A stretch of 64,000 nt of DNA from assembly GCA_039194325.1 (NCBI GenBank), contig JBCCWC010000011.1, forward strand, positions 1-64,000, read 5' to 3'. The position numbers and the translations under genes are program-made. The number at the start of each line of letters is the position of its first letter. The stretch's first letter is position 1. The stretch comes from Myxococcota bacterium (GTDB lineage Bacteria > Myxococcota_A > Polyangia > Nannocystales > Nannocystaceae). A model generated the notes under the pieces. That model did no database searches, was not told the origin of the DNA, and was given only the letters and a program-made list of their open reading frames with translations. Shown in pieces: positions 26,325 through 35,537 of this stretch.

Positions 26325-28715
26325 ATGGCGCTGTACACCCTGTACGTCCAGTACTCGGGACGCCCCCCGGAAACCAAGCCGTTCGACAAGGAAACGATCG
26401 TGATCGGTCGTGACGTCGGCGACATCGCGCTGATGGATGCGCAGGTGTCCGGGCGTCATGCCGAGATGCGTTTCTCCAACGGCAAATTGATCTTCCAGGA
26501 TCTCGGCTCGACCAACGGGTCGTTCTTGCCGACCGGCGAGCGGATCACCTCGGCGGTGGAGCTGGGGATCGGCAATGCGGTCCGGCTGGGGCAATCCACC
26601 CTCACGGTTCAGCACATCGACTTCCCGGGTGCGGTCCAGCAGGGCCGCACGATGTTTGCTCCGGGTGGAGCACCGCCTCCGGGGGCAGCGGCGGGCGCTC
26701 CGCCTCCGGGCGGTCCCCTCGCGGCCGCTCCGGCGCCACCTATTCCTGGTCTCAATCAACCGATGGCGCCGCCGCAACCCGGGCCGCCGGGTCCGGGGTC
26801 CGGAGGGTATCCGCCCTCACCAGGTCTACCGCCGGGAGGCCCGCCCGGTGGGCCGGGGATGGGCGCGCCTGGACAGCCACCGGGCGCGCCAGGCATGGGT
26901 GCGCCGGGTCAACCGCCCGGCGCACCGGGACAACCGCCGGGTGCACCGGGGATGCCCGGGGGTCCGGGAGGACCGCCGGGAATGGGCGGACCTGCACCGG
27001 GAATGCCAGGGCAGCCGCCGGGCGGACCGCCGGGGATGGGGCAGCCGCCGGGCGGACCGCCAGGGATGGGTCAGCCGCCGGGCGGACCGCCAGGGATGGG
27101 GCAGCCGCCAGGGATGGGGCAGCCGCCAGGGATGGGGCAGCCGCCAGGGATGGGGCAGCCGCCAGGGATGGGGCAGCCGCCAGGGATGGGCGCTCCGGGG
27201 CAGCCACCGGGCATGGGTGGTCCGGGCATGGCTCCGCCGCCAGGGGGTCCAGGGATGCCTGGGGCCCCCGGGATGCCGGGACAGCCGCCCGGTCAGCCCG
27301 GCTTTGGCCAGCAATTCAACCAGGGCATGCAGCAGGTCGGCCAGGGCATGGACCAGGCCTACGGGGCGGTGGATGACAGTGGTCAGGGAGCGATGGCCGA
27401 CGTCAAGGCCGGGCTGGCTCTGCTCAAGCCCGTCATGGTCCCGGTCATTGTCTTGCTGGGTGGTCTGCACATCCTGCCCTGGCTGTTTTCCGGGCTCGCG
27501 GTGGTCGCCGGAGTGGCGTTCCTCGGGACGCTGGCGGGGATCTTTCAGATCGTCTGGCTGATCTTCCCGATCTTGCTGGCCGCAGCCGGCTACATCTTGC
27601 TGCGTCAGCGACTGGGGATGCCGGTCGGTCTGGGTGAGGGCATCAAGGCCGCGACCAGCGATCTACCCAACAAGTGGGTCAGCGTCTTCATCGGTCAGAT
27701 CACCCTGTGGTTCCTCGGGTTCTTCGTGGTGCCCGTGCTGTTCCTCGAAGATCGCAAGTTCTTCGACAACAACATGCGGAGCCTCGACATCCTCAAGGTC
27801 GCCGCCGGTCGGGTCATCGTGCCCTGGGTCATCATCGTGTTCGGTGGCGGGGTGGTGATGACGGTGCTGACCATCGTCTTTGGCCTGATCCCCGTGGCGG
27901 GCTTGTTGGTCAACGCGATTGTCTACGGGGTGTTCTACGGGCTGATCTTCGGCCTGTTGCTCGCGGTCGGGGTCAACCAGTACTTCGAGCTGCGCCAGCA
28001 GATGGAGGGGGTCGATCCCGAAGCGGAGGCCAAGCAGCGGATGCAGGCCCTCGACGCGGGCATGTCCGCGCCCGGGTTGCCGCCGGGGATGCCGGGTCAG
28101 CCCGGGTTGCCTCCGGGTCAGCCGGGGATGCCAGGTCAGCCCGGGTTGCCTCCGGGTCAGCCGGGGATGCCGGGTCAGCCGGGGATGCCGGGTCAGCCGG
28201 GGATGCCGGGTCAGCCGGGGATGGCTCCCCCGCCAGGTCAGCCGGGGATGCCGGGTCAGCCAGGGATGCCGGGTCATCCGGGGATGCCGGGTCATCCGGG
28301 GATGCCGCCGGGGCAGCCGGGGATGGCTCCCCCACCGGGTCAGCCGGGGATGCCGCCGGGGATGGCTCCCCCGCCAGGTCAGCCGGGGATGGCACCACCC
28401 GGGGGGCCGCCAGGTGGATATCCGGGTCAGCCGGGGATGGCGCCGCCACCGGGTCAACCCGGAATGCCACCGGGTGGATATCCGGGGCAGCCGGGGATGG
28501 CGCCGCCTCCCGGCGCGCCGGGGGGTCCTCCAGGTCAGCCGGGGATGGCACCACCGGGTGGATATCCGGGACAGCCGGGACAGCCGGGACAGCCAGCGCC
28601 AGGTGGGCAGCCGGGGCAGCCGGGGCAGCCCGGCGCATACCCCGGGGCGCCGGGTCAACCCGGAGGCTATCCCGGGCAGCCCGGGCCCGGGGGCTACAAT
28701 CCCTACGGGCAATAG
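26325..28715 (+). CDS. FHA-domain membrane protein with two long Pro/Gly/Gln/Met low-complexity regions
   Basis: RBS CAGGAG. FHA motifs IVIGR, VSGRHA and [10 protein letters not shown] central block of about 6 TM helices is flanked by [12 protein letters not shown] repeats. Confidence 0.9.
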   Translation: MALYTLYVQYSGRPPETKPFDKETIVIGRDVGDIALMDAQVSGRHAEMRFSNGKLIFQDLGSTNGSFLPTGERITSAVELGIGNAVRLGQSTLTVQHIDFPGAVQQGRTMFAPGGAPPPGAAAGAPPPGGPLAAAPAPPIPGLNQPMAPPQPGPPGPGSGGYPPSPGLPPGGPPGGPGMGAPGQPPGAPGMGAPGQPPGAPGQPPGAPGMPGGPGGPPGMGGPAPGMPGQPPGGPPGMGQPPGGPPGMGQPPGGPPGMGQPPGMGQPPGMGQPPGMGQPPGMGQPPGMGAPGQPPGMGGPGMAPPPGGPGMPGAPGMPGQPPGQPGFGQQFNQGMQQVGQGMDQAYGAVDDSGQGAMADVKAGLALLKPVMVPVIVLLGGLHILPWLFSGLAVVAGVAFLGTLAGIFQIVWLIFPILLAAAGYILLRQRLGMPVGLGEGIKAATSDLPNKWVSVFIGQITLWFLGFFVVPVLFLEDRKFFDNNMRSLDILKVAAGRVIVPWVIIVFGGGVVMTVLTIVFGLIPVAGLLVNAIVYGVFYGLIFGLLLAVGVNQYFELRQQMEGVDPEAEAKQRMQALDAGMSAPGLPPGMPGQPGLPPGQPGMPGQPGLPPGQPGMPGQPGMPGQPGMPGQPGMAPPPGQPGMPGQPGMPGHPGMPGHPGMPPGQPGMAPPPGQPGMPPGMAPPPGQPGMAPPGGPPGGYPGQPGMAPPPGQPGMPPGGYPGQPGMAPPPGAPGGPPGQPGMAPPGGYPGQPGQPGQPAPGGQPGQPGQPGAYPGAPGQPGGYPGQPGPGGYNPYGQ

Positions 28716-28879
28716 CGGTTTCGCCGAAACCTCAAGGAATATCAGCGCGTAAGCGCACGCAGCGGGGGCTCGATGGGGCCCCCGTTGCCGTTGTCGGGGT
28801 CGGGGGGATCGCATAGGCTCGGCGCATGTCGATGGGGCCGTGGGGGCCCCGTTCGACCGGTAAACAAGGAGCCGTCGCC

Positions 28880-31132
28880 ATGCCCGACGCATCCGCGCCT
28901 GGGCGGCCGAGGTACGACCTCGGCCGCCTGTCCGAGTATCCCGAACTGACCCCCGACCGCCTCCGCCTCGCCTACCGAGAGGCGTGTTTGGCGCGCTTCC
29001 ACGTCGAGCGCGTGGTCCAGGAGTGTCTCAAGGGCAAGGTGAAGTTCGCGATCTGGGGGCCAGGCGAGGAGATCCACGGGACTGCTGCGGCCTTGGCGCT
29101 ACACCAGGTGGTCGACCCCGAGGCGTTTGCGATCGCGGGGCACTACCGCTCGGCGTCGATGCTGGCGATGTGGAACCGGTTGGTCGGCTACGACGATTTC
29201 CACCTCGACCACATACGGCAGCAGCTGTCCCGGGCGACCGATCCGTGGAGCGGTGGCCGGCAGATGACGGCGCACTTCAACGACCTGGCGCGCAATACCC
29301 TGCCGGTGCAGTCGGCGCTGGGCATGCAGATCTCCAAGTCGGTGGGCTATGCCTACGGACTGCGCCACAAGGGCCATCAGGGGGCGGTGGTCAAGTGCAT
29401 CATCGGTGACGGGACCTGCGCCGAAGGGGATCTGCACGAGGGCATGACGGGTGCTTCGATCCTCGAGCTGCCGTGGCTGCTGACGATCACCGACAACAAC
29501 ATCGCGATTAGCGTGCGGCCCGAGGACGGCCGGGGACTGCGGGATTTCGAGGCCTACGCCAAGGCCTTCGGCTTCGCCTACTTCACCTGCGACGGCAACG
29601 ACTTCCTCGATGCCTTCGCCACCACCCGGGCGGCGGCCACGTACTGTCGTGACCAGCAGCGGCCGGCGCTGTTGTGGGTCCGCAACCTCTCGCGGCTCAA
29701 CGATCACAGCTCGGCGGCCGACGTCACCTTCAAGTTTCAGGAGTACGATCCGCTGCTGGACTTCGGCCAGGCCCTGGTCGAGCACGGAGTCTTGGCGCCC
29801 GAAGACGTGGTGCGGCGCAAGGACGGCGAGTCCAAGGACTACTATGCGCGCCACGATCTGGGGCGGGTGGGCACCGAGGCCGACGCGTACATCGTGAGCA
29901 CGATGGAGACCGCTGCCGCCGAGCCGGAGCCCAGCTACGAGGGGTGCTTCGAGAACATCTTCGATCCCTACCCGGAGGTGAGCGAGCCCCCGCTGACGGG
30001 GCAGCGCACGATCATCTCCATCAATGGCGCGGTGCGGGCGGCCATGGGGGCGATCTTGCGCAACAACCCCATGACCTGGATCTACGGCCAAGACGTGGGG
30101 GCCAAGGGGGGCGTGATGCAGGCCACCCGGGGGCTGCACCAGCAGTTCCCGGGGCAGGTCCGCGACGCCCCGATCAACGAGCCCTACATCCTGGGCACGG
30201 CCCTGGGCTTTGCCCTGCACCCGGGGGCCACCGCGCTGCCCGAGATCCAGTTCTCCGACTACAGCCTCAATACCCTGCACTGGCTGGTGCACATGGGGAA
30301 CCTCTTGTGGACCTCGAACTCGACGGTTCGGGCCAACGTCGTCGTGCGGCTGCCCGTCGAGCCGCTCCACGGGGGCGCGGTCTACCACTCGATGTGTATG
30401 GAAGGGTTCTACGGGGCGATCCCGGGCCTGACGATCGTGGCTCCCTCCACCTCACGCGATATGTATGGCCTCTTGCGTACGGCGGCGGAGTATTCGGGGC
30501 CGGTGCTGTTCTTCGAGTCCAAGGGCCTCTATCGGATGACGCTGGGTGATGCGTTCCCCGGCGAGCCTACCGACAAGGAGGAGATCCGCCGGCTCAAGCG
30601 CGCGATCGCCTTCGAGGGCTATGCGCCACCCTTGCCCGAAGATTTTCGGGTGCCGCTGGGGCGGGCGGCTCGGCTGCGGGAGGGATCTGATCTCACCATG
30701 GTCACCTGGGGCCGCTGCACGCTGTTTTGCCAGGAGGCCGCCAATCGGCTCCATGCGGAGGACGGGGTGTCGATCGATCTCTATGATCTGCGCACGGTAG
30801 TTCCCCCCGATCTGCCGGCGATCTTCGAGAGTGTCGGTCGCACGGGGCGCCTTTTGGTGGTGCACGAAGACCGGGTGTTCTCCAGCATTGGCCGTGAGAT
30901 CCAGGGCGCGGTGCACGAACACTTCGAGCAGACTCACGTGGCCACCCGGGTACTGGGGCAGGATGCCGTGCCTGGGATCCCGCAGAGCGTTCACCTCGAG
31001 GAGCAGTTGGTCGTGTCCCCGGACAAGATCATCGCCGCTGCCCGCTCGGTCCTCGCGGCCCGACTGCGAGGGGTCGGAGCGACCGCGCCGGTTCCTGTAC
31101 TGTGGACGCCCAATCGGAACTTCGTGGCCTGA
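28880..31132 (+). CDS. Fused alpha/beta E1 component of a 2-oxoacid dehydrogenase (ThDP-dependent)
   Basis: RBS AAGGAG. ThDP motif GDGTCAEGDLHEG...DNN. Beta part has YGQDVG..GGV..AT.GL, DAPINE, PEIQFSDY and DLRTVVP. Confidence 0.9.
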   Translation: MPDASAPGRPRYDLGRLSEYPELTPDRLRLAYREACLARFHVERVVQECLKGKVKFAIWGPGEEIHGTAAALALHQVVDPEAFAIAGHYRSASMLAMWNRLVGYDDFHLDHIRQQLSRATDPWSGGRQMTAHFNDLARNTLPVQSALGMQISKSVGYAYGLRHKGHQGAVVKCIIGDGTCAEGDLHEGMTGASILELPWLLTITDNNIAISVRPEDGRGLRDFEAYAKAFGFAYFTCDGNDFLDAFATTRAAATYCRDQQRPALLWVRNLSRLNDHSSAADVTFKFQEYDPLLDFGQALVEHGVLAPEDVVRRKDGESKDYYARHDLGRVGTEADAYIVSTMETAAAEPEPSYEGCFENIFDPYPEVSEPPLTGQRTIISINGAVRAAMGAILRNNPMTWIYGQDVGAKGGVMQATRGLHQQFPGQVRDAPINEPYILGTALGFALHPGATALPEIQFSDYSLNTLHWLVHMGNLLWTSNSTVRANVVVRLPVEPLHGGAVYHSMCMEGFYGAIPGLTIVAPSTSRDMYGLLRTAAEYSGPVLFFESKGLYRMTLGDAFPGEPTDKEEIRRLKRAIAFEGYAPPLPEDFRVPLGRAARLREGSDLTMVTWGRCTLFCQEAANRLHAEDGVSIDLYDLRTVVPPDLPAIFESVGRTGRLLVVHEDRVFSSIGREIQGAVHEHFEQTHVATRVLGQDAVPGIPQSVHLEEQLVVSPDKIIAAARSVLAARLRGVGATAPVPVLWTPNRNFVA

Positions 31133-31171
31133 CCGACCGGCGGGGGCCCCGGCGTGCGCAGGTCTGCCTCC

Positions 31172-31240
31172 CGCGCGGGACCGTTCGCGCGGGACCATTC
31201 GCGCGGGACCGTTCGCGTGGCACCATTCGCGTGGCACCAT
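31172..31240. repeat. Intergenic tandem repeat, 14-bp unit CGCG(C/T)GG(G/C)ACC(G/A)TT x5
   Basis: Read directly; ends 4 bp before the next ATG. Confidence 0.9.
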
Positions 31241-31244
31241 CTAT

Positions 31245-32078
31245 ATGGAGCAGGGCGAAGACGAGCTGATGGTGCAGGGCCTGACCCTGCGGGGGGTCGC
31301 GTGCGGAGGGATCCGCACCTGCCTGATGGTGCCCGAGCTCGGGGTCATGTTCGACGTGGGTCCGCGCACGTCGGGGCAGCTCAAGTTCGACACGATCCTC
31401 GTCTCCCACGGGCACCAAGACCACCTGGGTGGGTTGCCCTATCTGGTGTCGCAGCGACACATGATGGGAGGAGGTGCGCCGCGTGTGCACCTGCCCGCAG
31501 AGGTCGTGCCGCCCTTACAGCGGATCTTCGAGGCCTGGCGGGAGATCGAGGGCTTCCCCCTCGAGGTGAATCTACACGGCCACACCCCGGGTGACGCGGT
31601 GCGGATCCGCGGAGGGGTCGCCCGCTGCGTTCGCTCGGTGCATCGTGTGCCCTCGCTGGCGTGGATCATCGAGCGTCATACCAACCGGCTTCGCCCCGAA
31701 CTTCGCGGGATCCCGGGGCCCGAGCTGGCGGCGCGGCGCAAGGCGGGCGAAGTCATCACCGAGCATCATGTGGCCCCGGTGCTGTGCGTCACCGGGGACA
31801 CCCAGATCGAGCTGTTCGATCGCGAGCCGCTGGTGCGTCGATGCTCGGTGCTGGTGCACGAGGTCACCGGCTGGGACGATCGCCGAGGCCCCGACGAGGT
31901 CCGTCGCTGGGGGCATACCCACGTGGACGAGGTGATCGAGCGGGCCGAACGCTTCGAGGGCGATGCGCTGGTGCTGGTGCACCGGAGCCCGCGTCATTCC
32001 CGGCAGCAGGCGGAGCAGGTCGTCCGCGATCGATTCCCGGCGGCGGTGCGAGACAAGGTGCATGTCTTCGGAGCCTGA
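31245..32078 (+). CDS. Metallo-beta-lactamase-fold hydrolase, RNase Z-like
   Basis: SHGHQDHLGG, HRVPSLAW, TGDT, HEVT, GHTH and LVHRSPRH. Confidence 0.85.
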   Translation: MEQGEDELMVQGLTLRGVACGGIRTCLMVPELGVMFDVGPRTSGQLKFDTILVSHGHQDHLGGLPYLVSQRHMMGGGAPRVHLPAEVVPPLQRIFEAWREIEGFPLEVNLHGHTPGDAVRIRGGVARCVRSVHRVPSLAWIIERHTNRLRPELRGIPGPELAARRKAGEVITEHHVAPVLCVTGDTQIELFDREPLVRRCSVLVHEVTGWDDRRGPDEVRRWGHTHVDEVIERAERFEGDALVLVHRSPRHSRQQAEQVVRDRFPAAVRDKVHVFGA

Positions 32079-33321
32079 CGACCACGAGCCCCATCGCTGC
32101 GACGTGCTGGTGCTGGGGGCCAGCTTCGCCGGGATCGAGGTCCTGTTGCAGCTTCAGCGCCGGTTGTCGCGGCCGCTGAAGATCGTGGTCGTGGACCGAC
32201 AGCGGCGGCACGGCTACATCCCGCTGGTTCACGAGCGGCTATGCGGGCGCCTGCCGGGTCCGGAGTCCACGCTCGACACCGAGGCGTTCGTGCGCTCGCT
32301 GCCGGGGGTCGATTTCTGGGCGGACGAGGTGGTGGCGTTCGCCCCCGAGGCCAAGGCGGCCACGCTGGGCTCGGGCCGGCGCGTGCGGGCGCGGTTCGTG
32401 GTGGTGGCCTTGGGCTCGGTCCTCGGGCCACCCGCGGCGATCCCGGGGGCCGAGCACCTTGGGGGCTACAAGCTCCATGCGGACTATGAGCGGATGGCCG
32501 AGCGCCTCCGCGCTGTCCTGAAGGCCGGTGCAGACGAAAACCCGCGGCTGGTGGTGGTGGGCGGGGGGATCTCCGGGGTGGAGCTTGCGGGCGAGCTAGC
32601 CCACTTACGACGCGATCGCCCCGAAGGTTGGCAGAGCCCCGCGGTGACCCTGGTGTCGTCCAGTCCTGCGTTGCTGCCCGAGCTGTCGCCTGGGATCGGG
32701 CGCAAGGCGGCGGCGATCCTGCAGGCACAGGGGGTCGAGCTTCGCCTGGGCACCCGGCTGTGCGAGGCGGACGCCGACATGGTGACGCTTCGCGAGGCCA
32801 AGGGGGAGGGGGTGGGCGAGCGAACCGAGTCGCTGCGCTGCGCCATGGCCCTGTGGGCGGGCGGGGTGAAGCCGGCGCCGGTGCTCGAGCACCTGGGCCT
32901 GCCGCGGACCGAGCAGGGGTGGCTGGCGGTCGGTCCCACCCTTCAGTGCTTTCCCGCCCGGGTGCCTCGGGATCTGGCCGCCGAGCCGCCCGAGATCTTC
33001 GCCTGTGGCGACGCGGTGCGGGTGGTCGGTGGCACCGGTCCCTGGCCCACCATGCAGCGTGCGATCGAGTGCCTGTGGCAGGCCAAGGTGGTGGCGCGCA
33101 ACCTGAGCACGCTGGCCGAGTGTGCGCCCGACTATCCCGAGGGCGTCCCCCCGCTCTACCCCCACCGTCTGCGCACGCGCTTTGCGTATGGGGTGAGCCT
33201 GGGGGGGCGCTCGCTGGTCGTGTACGGGCCCGCGCGAGTCGACGTGCCCGCGCTCAACGTGTGGTTTCGGCGCTGGTTGATGCGGCAGTACTTCGCCCGC
33301 TACGCTCCACGCTCCGAGTAG
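32062..33321 (+). CDS. FAD/NAD(P)-dependent oxidoreductase, NDH-2-like
   Basis: VLVLGASFAG, VVALGS, VVVGGGISGVELAGEL, LWAGGV and IFACGDA. Confidence 0.85.
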   Translation: MSSEPDDHEPHRCDVLVLGASFAGIEVLLQLQRRLSRPLKIVVVDRQRRHGYIPLVHERLCGRLPGPESTLDTEAFVRSLPGVDFWADEVVAFAPEAKAATLGSGRRVRARFVVVALGSVLGPPAAIPGAEHLGGYKLHADYERMAERLRAVLKAGADENPRLVVVGGGISGVELAGELAHLRRDRPEGWQSPAVTLVSSSPALLPELSPGIGRKAAAILQAQGVELRLGTRLCEADADMVTLREAKGEGVGERTESLRCAMALWAGGVKPAPVLEHLGLPRTEQGWLAVGPTLQCFPARVPRDLAAEPPEIFACGDAVRVVGGTGPWPTMQRAIECLWQAKVVARNLSTLAECAPDYPEGVPPLYPHRLRTRFAYGVSLGGRSLVVYGPARVDVPALNVWFRRWLMRQYFARYAPRSE

Positions 33322-33401
33322 GTTGCGGGAGTGGCCGGCGGCTCGAGGCGCATGAGCGCTGGGGCGACCGGGCAGGATCCGGGCGCGCTACCATGCGTGC
33401 G

Positions 33402-35537
33402 ATGTCCGACCGCGGAGGACAGCTTCGTGAGCTGGTGCAAGCGTTCTTGACCCGTGACCGTGCAGGGGAGTCCGATCCCGACTCGGGGATCGCTCGCGCT
33501 CTGCGGGAGGTCGACCAATGGCGGACCCGCATGCAGGCGGGGGGGCAGCTCGGTCGCCAACTCGTCGGTCGTGGTCCCGATCGAGTTACCGCGGTGGGTG
33601 AGCAGATCCACCTATTGCTCCCCGTCGATCGTTTGCGTCGGCTTCGCGCGGCTCGGTGGCGGGTGCAGGTGGGCGAGCAGGTGGTGATCGATCGCGCGTG
33701 GGAGCCCGAAGACGAGGGCATCGTGATCCATCGCCCGTCTGCGCCGGGGTGCTGGCCGATCCGCAGCGAGCTGTTCGATCGTCGGGGCGCGCGGCTCGAC
33801 GACCAGGCCGAGGCGTCACCGTGGCTCCAGGCGATCGATGCCCGGCCCACCTATGCGGTCGACGTGGATCTCGTGCGCGCTCGTCCCTCCGCGGCCCTCG
33901 CTCTGACCGCCCTGGACCAGCACGGCCACGCGCTGGTCTACCTCGACCTGGCGGCGGCCGATCGAAGGGTGGAGCTGCGCGCCCAGCTGGCGGAGCTCGG
34001 CGCGCCGCCGGCCGCGATCCTCTCGATTGCCGAGGAGCGGGCCGAGGTTCCCACGCTGGGCGTGGACTTTCGCGCCGTGTTCCTGACGGTCGCTCTTTGT
34101 CGCCTGCGAGGCGCTGGGGTTCGGCTGGTCGGTCTGGTCTCCGCGGCGCCGCTGGCCGCGACTGCGGCCAAGCGCGCGGGGGTCGAGCGCTTCGAGGAGC
34201 TCAACCCCGTGCGGCGAGCCTCCGCGGCCCATCGCGAGGCGATCGCTCGACAGCCGTGGTCTCGGACGTACGCCGGGCGGCTCGATCGTATGACGCGGAC
34301 GCGAGCGCGGAAGGGCAACGTGTGTGCGGTCGAGCTCGACAACCGCCGCGGACGCCAGCGCTTGTTCGCCGCGATCGAGCGGGCCCGTCGCACGGTGCAC
34401 TTGCAGTACTACATGGTGCGCGATGGGGTCTTTGGGGATCAGCTCGCGGCGCGGCTGGTCGGCGCGGCCCGTCGCGGGGTGGTGGTGCGGCTGTTGGTGG
34501 ATGCGCTCTATTCGGTCGACGGGGTGGCGGGGGCCACCAATGCCCTCGCGCGTGGCTTGATGGCCGAGCCGGGGATCCACGTGGTCTCGGCCGCGCCGAT
34601 AAGCTCCCCCGAAGATCTCGAGCCCCGCGTGCTCAAGCAGCGAGACCATCGCAAGGTGGTGGTGGTGGATGGCTCGGTCGCCTTCGTGGGGGGTCGCAAC
34701 GCCTGCGACGAGTACTACACCGGCTTCGACGAGGTCGCGATCACCGACTGGACTCCGCACGGCCGGATCCCCTGGCTCGACGCGCATGTCGAGATCCGGG
34801 GGCCGCTGGTGGGGACTATAGAGCGGGCGTTCCTCTCGCGGTGGATCTCCGCCGGAGGATCGCCCCCCGCGGGGGGTGTGGAAGGGGTCGTCGATCCTCC
34901 GGCCGCCGGCCCGTCACGAGCGCGCCTGGTGCTCCACGAGGGCGTCGACGATGCGGCGGCGATGCTCGCCTACGAGGCGCTAATCGACGGGGCCGAAGAC
35001 CACGTGTGGGTGGTCAACGACTTCCCGATCGTGCCCAGCTTGCAGCTGGCGTTGCGCCGAGCGCTGGGCCGCGGCGTGCGGGTGCGGGTGCTGACCGGCT
35101 CCGCCGTGCCCCGGCGGGCCGACGGCAGCTTCTTCGACGGCCCGCTGCACCGGGAAGCCTTCGAGTACATGACCAAGAAGACGCTCGAAGGGCTGATGCG
35201 GGCGGGGGCCGAGGTCTGGGAGTACGTGGCCCCCCCGCACCCTCTCATCGTGTGTCGAGGGGGTGCGGTGCGGCCGTATGTGCACGCCAAGATCGTCAGC
35301 GTCGACGGGCAGGCGGTGAGCGTGGGCTCGGCCAACCTCGACGCGACCGCCAGCTACTGGGAGCGGGAGGCGAACGTCGTCGTAGAGGATCCGCAGGTCA
35401 CGCGCGAGGTGGAGACCCAGCTGGCGAGGATCTGCGACCGGAGCCTGCGGGTGGATCCCCGCGGCGAGCAGTGGCAGCGTGAGGGACTGCTGCGCGATCT
35501 GGCCGCGCAATTGTGGCCCGAGGCGCTCTACTCCTGA
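33402..35537 (+). CDS. Phospholipase D / cardiolipin synthase-like protein with a long N-terminal extension
   Basis: Two HKD motifs: DHRKVVVVDGSVAFVGGRN and VHAKIVSVDG...VGSANLD. Start is ATG 33393 or 33402. Confidence 0.88.
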   Translation: MSDRGGQLRELVQAFLTRDRAGESDPDSGIARALREVDQWRTRMQAGGQLGRQLVGRGPDRVTAVGEQIHLLLPVDRLRRLRAARWRVQVGEQVVIDRAWEPEDEGIVIHRPSAPGCWPIRSELFDRRGARLDDQAEASPWLQAIDARPTYAVDVDLVRARPSAALALTALDQHGHALVYLDLAAADRRVELRAQLAELGAPPAAILSIAEERAEVPTLGVDFRAVFLTVALCRLRGAGVRLVGLVSAAPLAATAAKRAGVERFEELNPVRRASAAHREAIARQPWSRTYAGRLDRMTRTRARKGNVCAVELDNRRGRQRLFAAIERARRTVHLQYYMVRDGVFGDQLAARLVGAARRGVVVRLLVDALYSVDGVAGATNALARGLMAEPGIHVVSAAPISSPEDLEPRVLKQRDHRKVVVVDGSVAFVGGRNACDEYYTGFDEVAITDWTPHGRIPWLDAHVEIRGPLVGTIERAFLSRWISAGGSPPAGGVEGVVDPPAAGPSRARLVLHEGVDDAAAMLAYEALIDGAEDHVWVVNDFPIVPSLQLALRRALGRGVRVRVLTGSAVPRRADGSFFDGPLHREAFEYMTKKTLEGLMRAGAEVWEYVAPPHPLIVCRGGAVRPYVHAKIVSVDGQAVSVGSANLDATASYWEREANVVVEDPQVTREVETQLARICDRSLRVDPRGEQWQREGLLRDLAAQLWPEALYS

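Noticed and set aside
32628..33392. N-terminal extension of the 969-aa PLD ORF
   Set aside because: It overlaps the NDH-2-like gene out of frame and has shadow-ORF composition.
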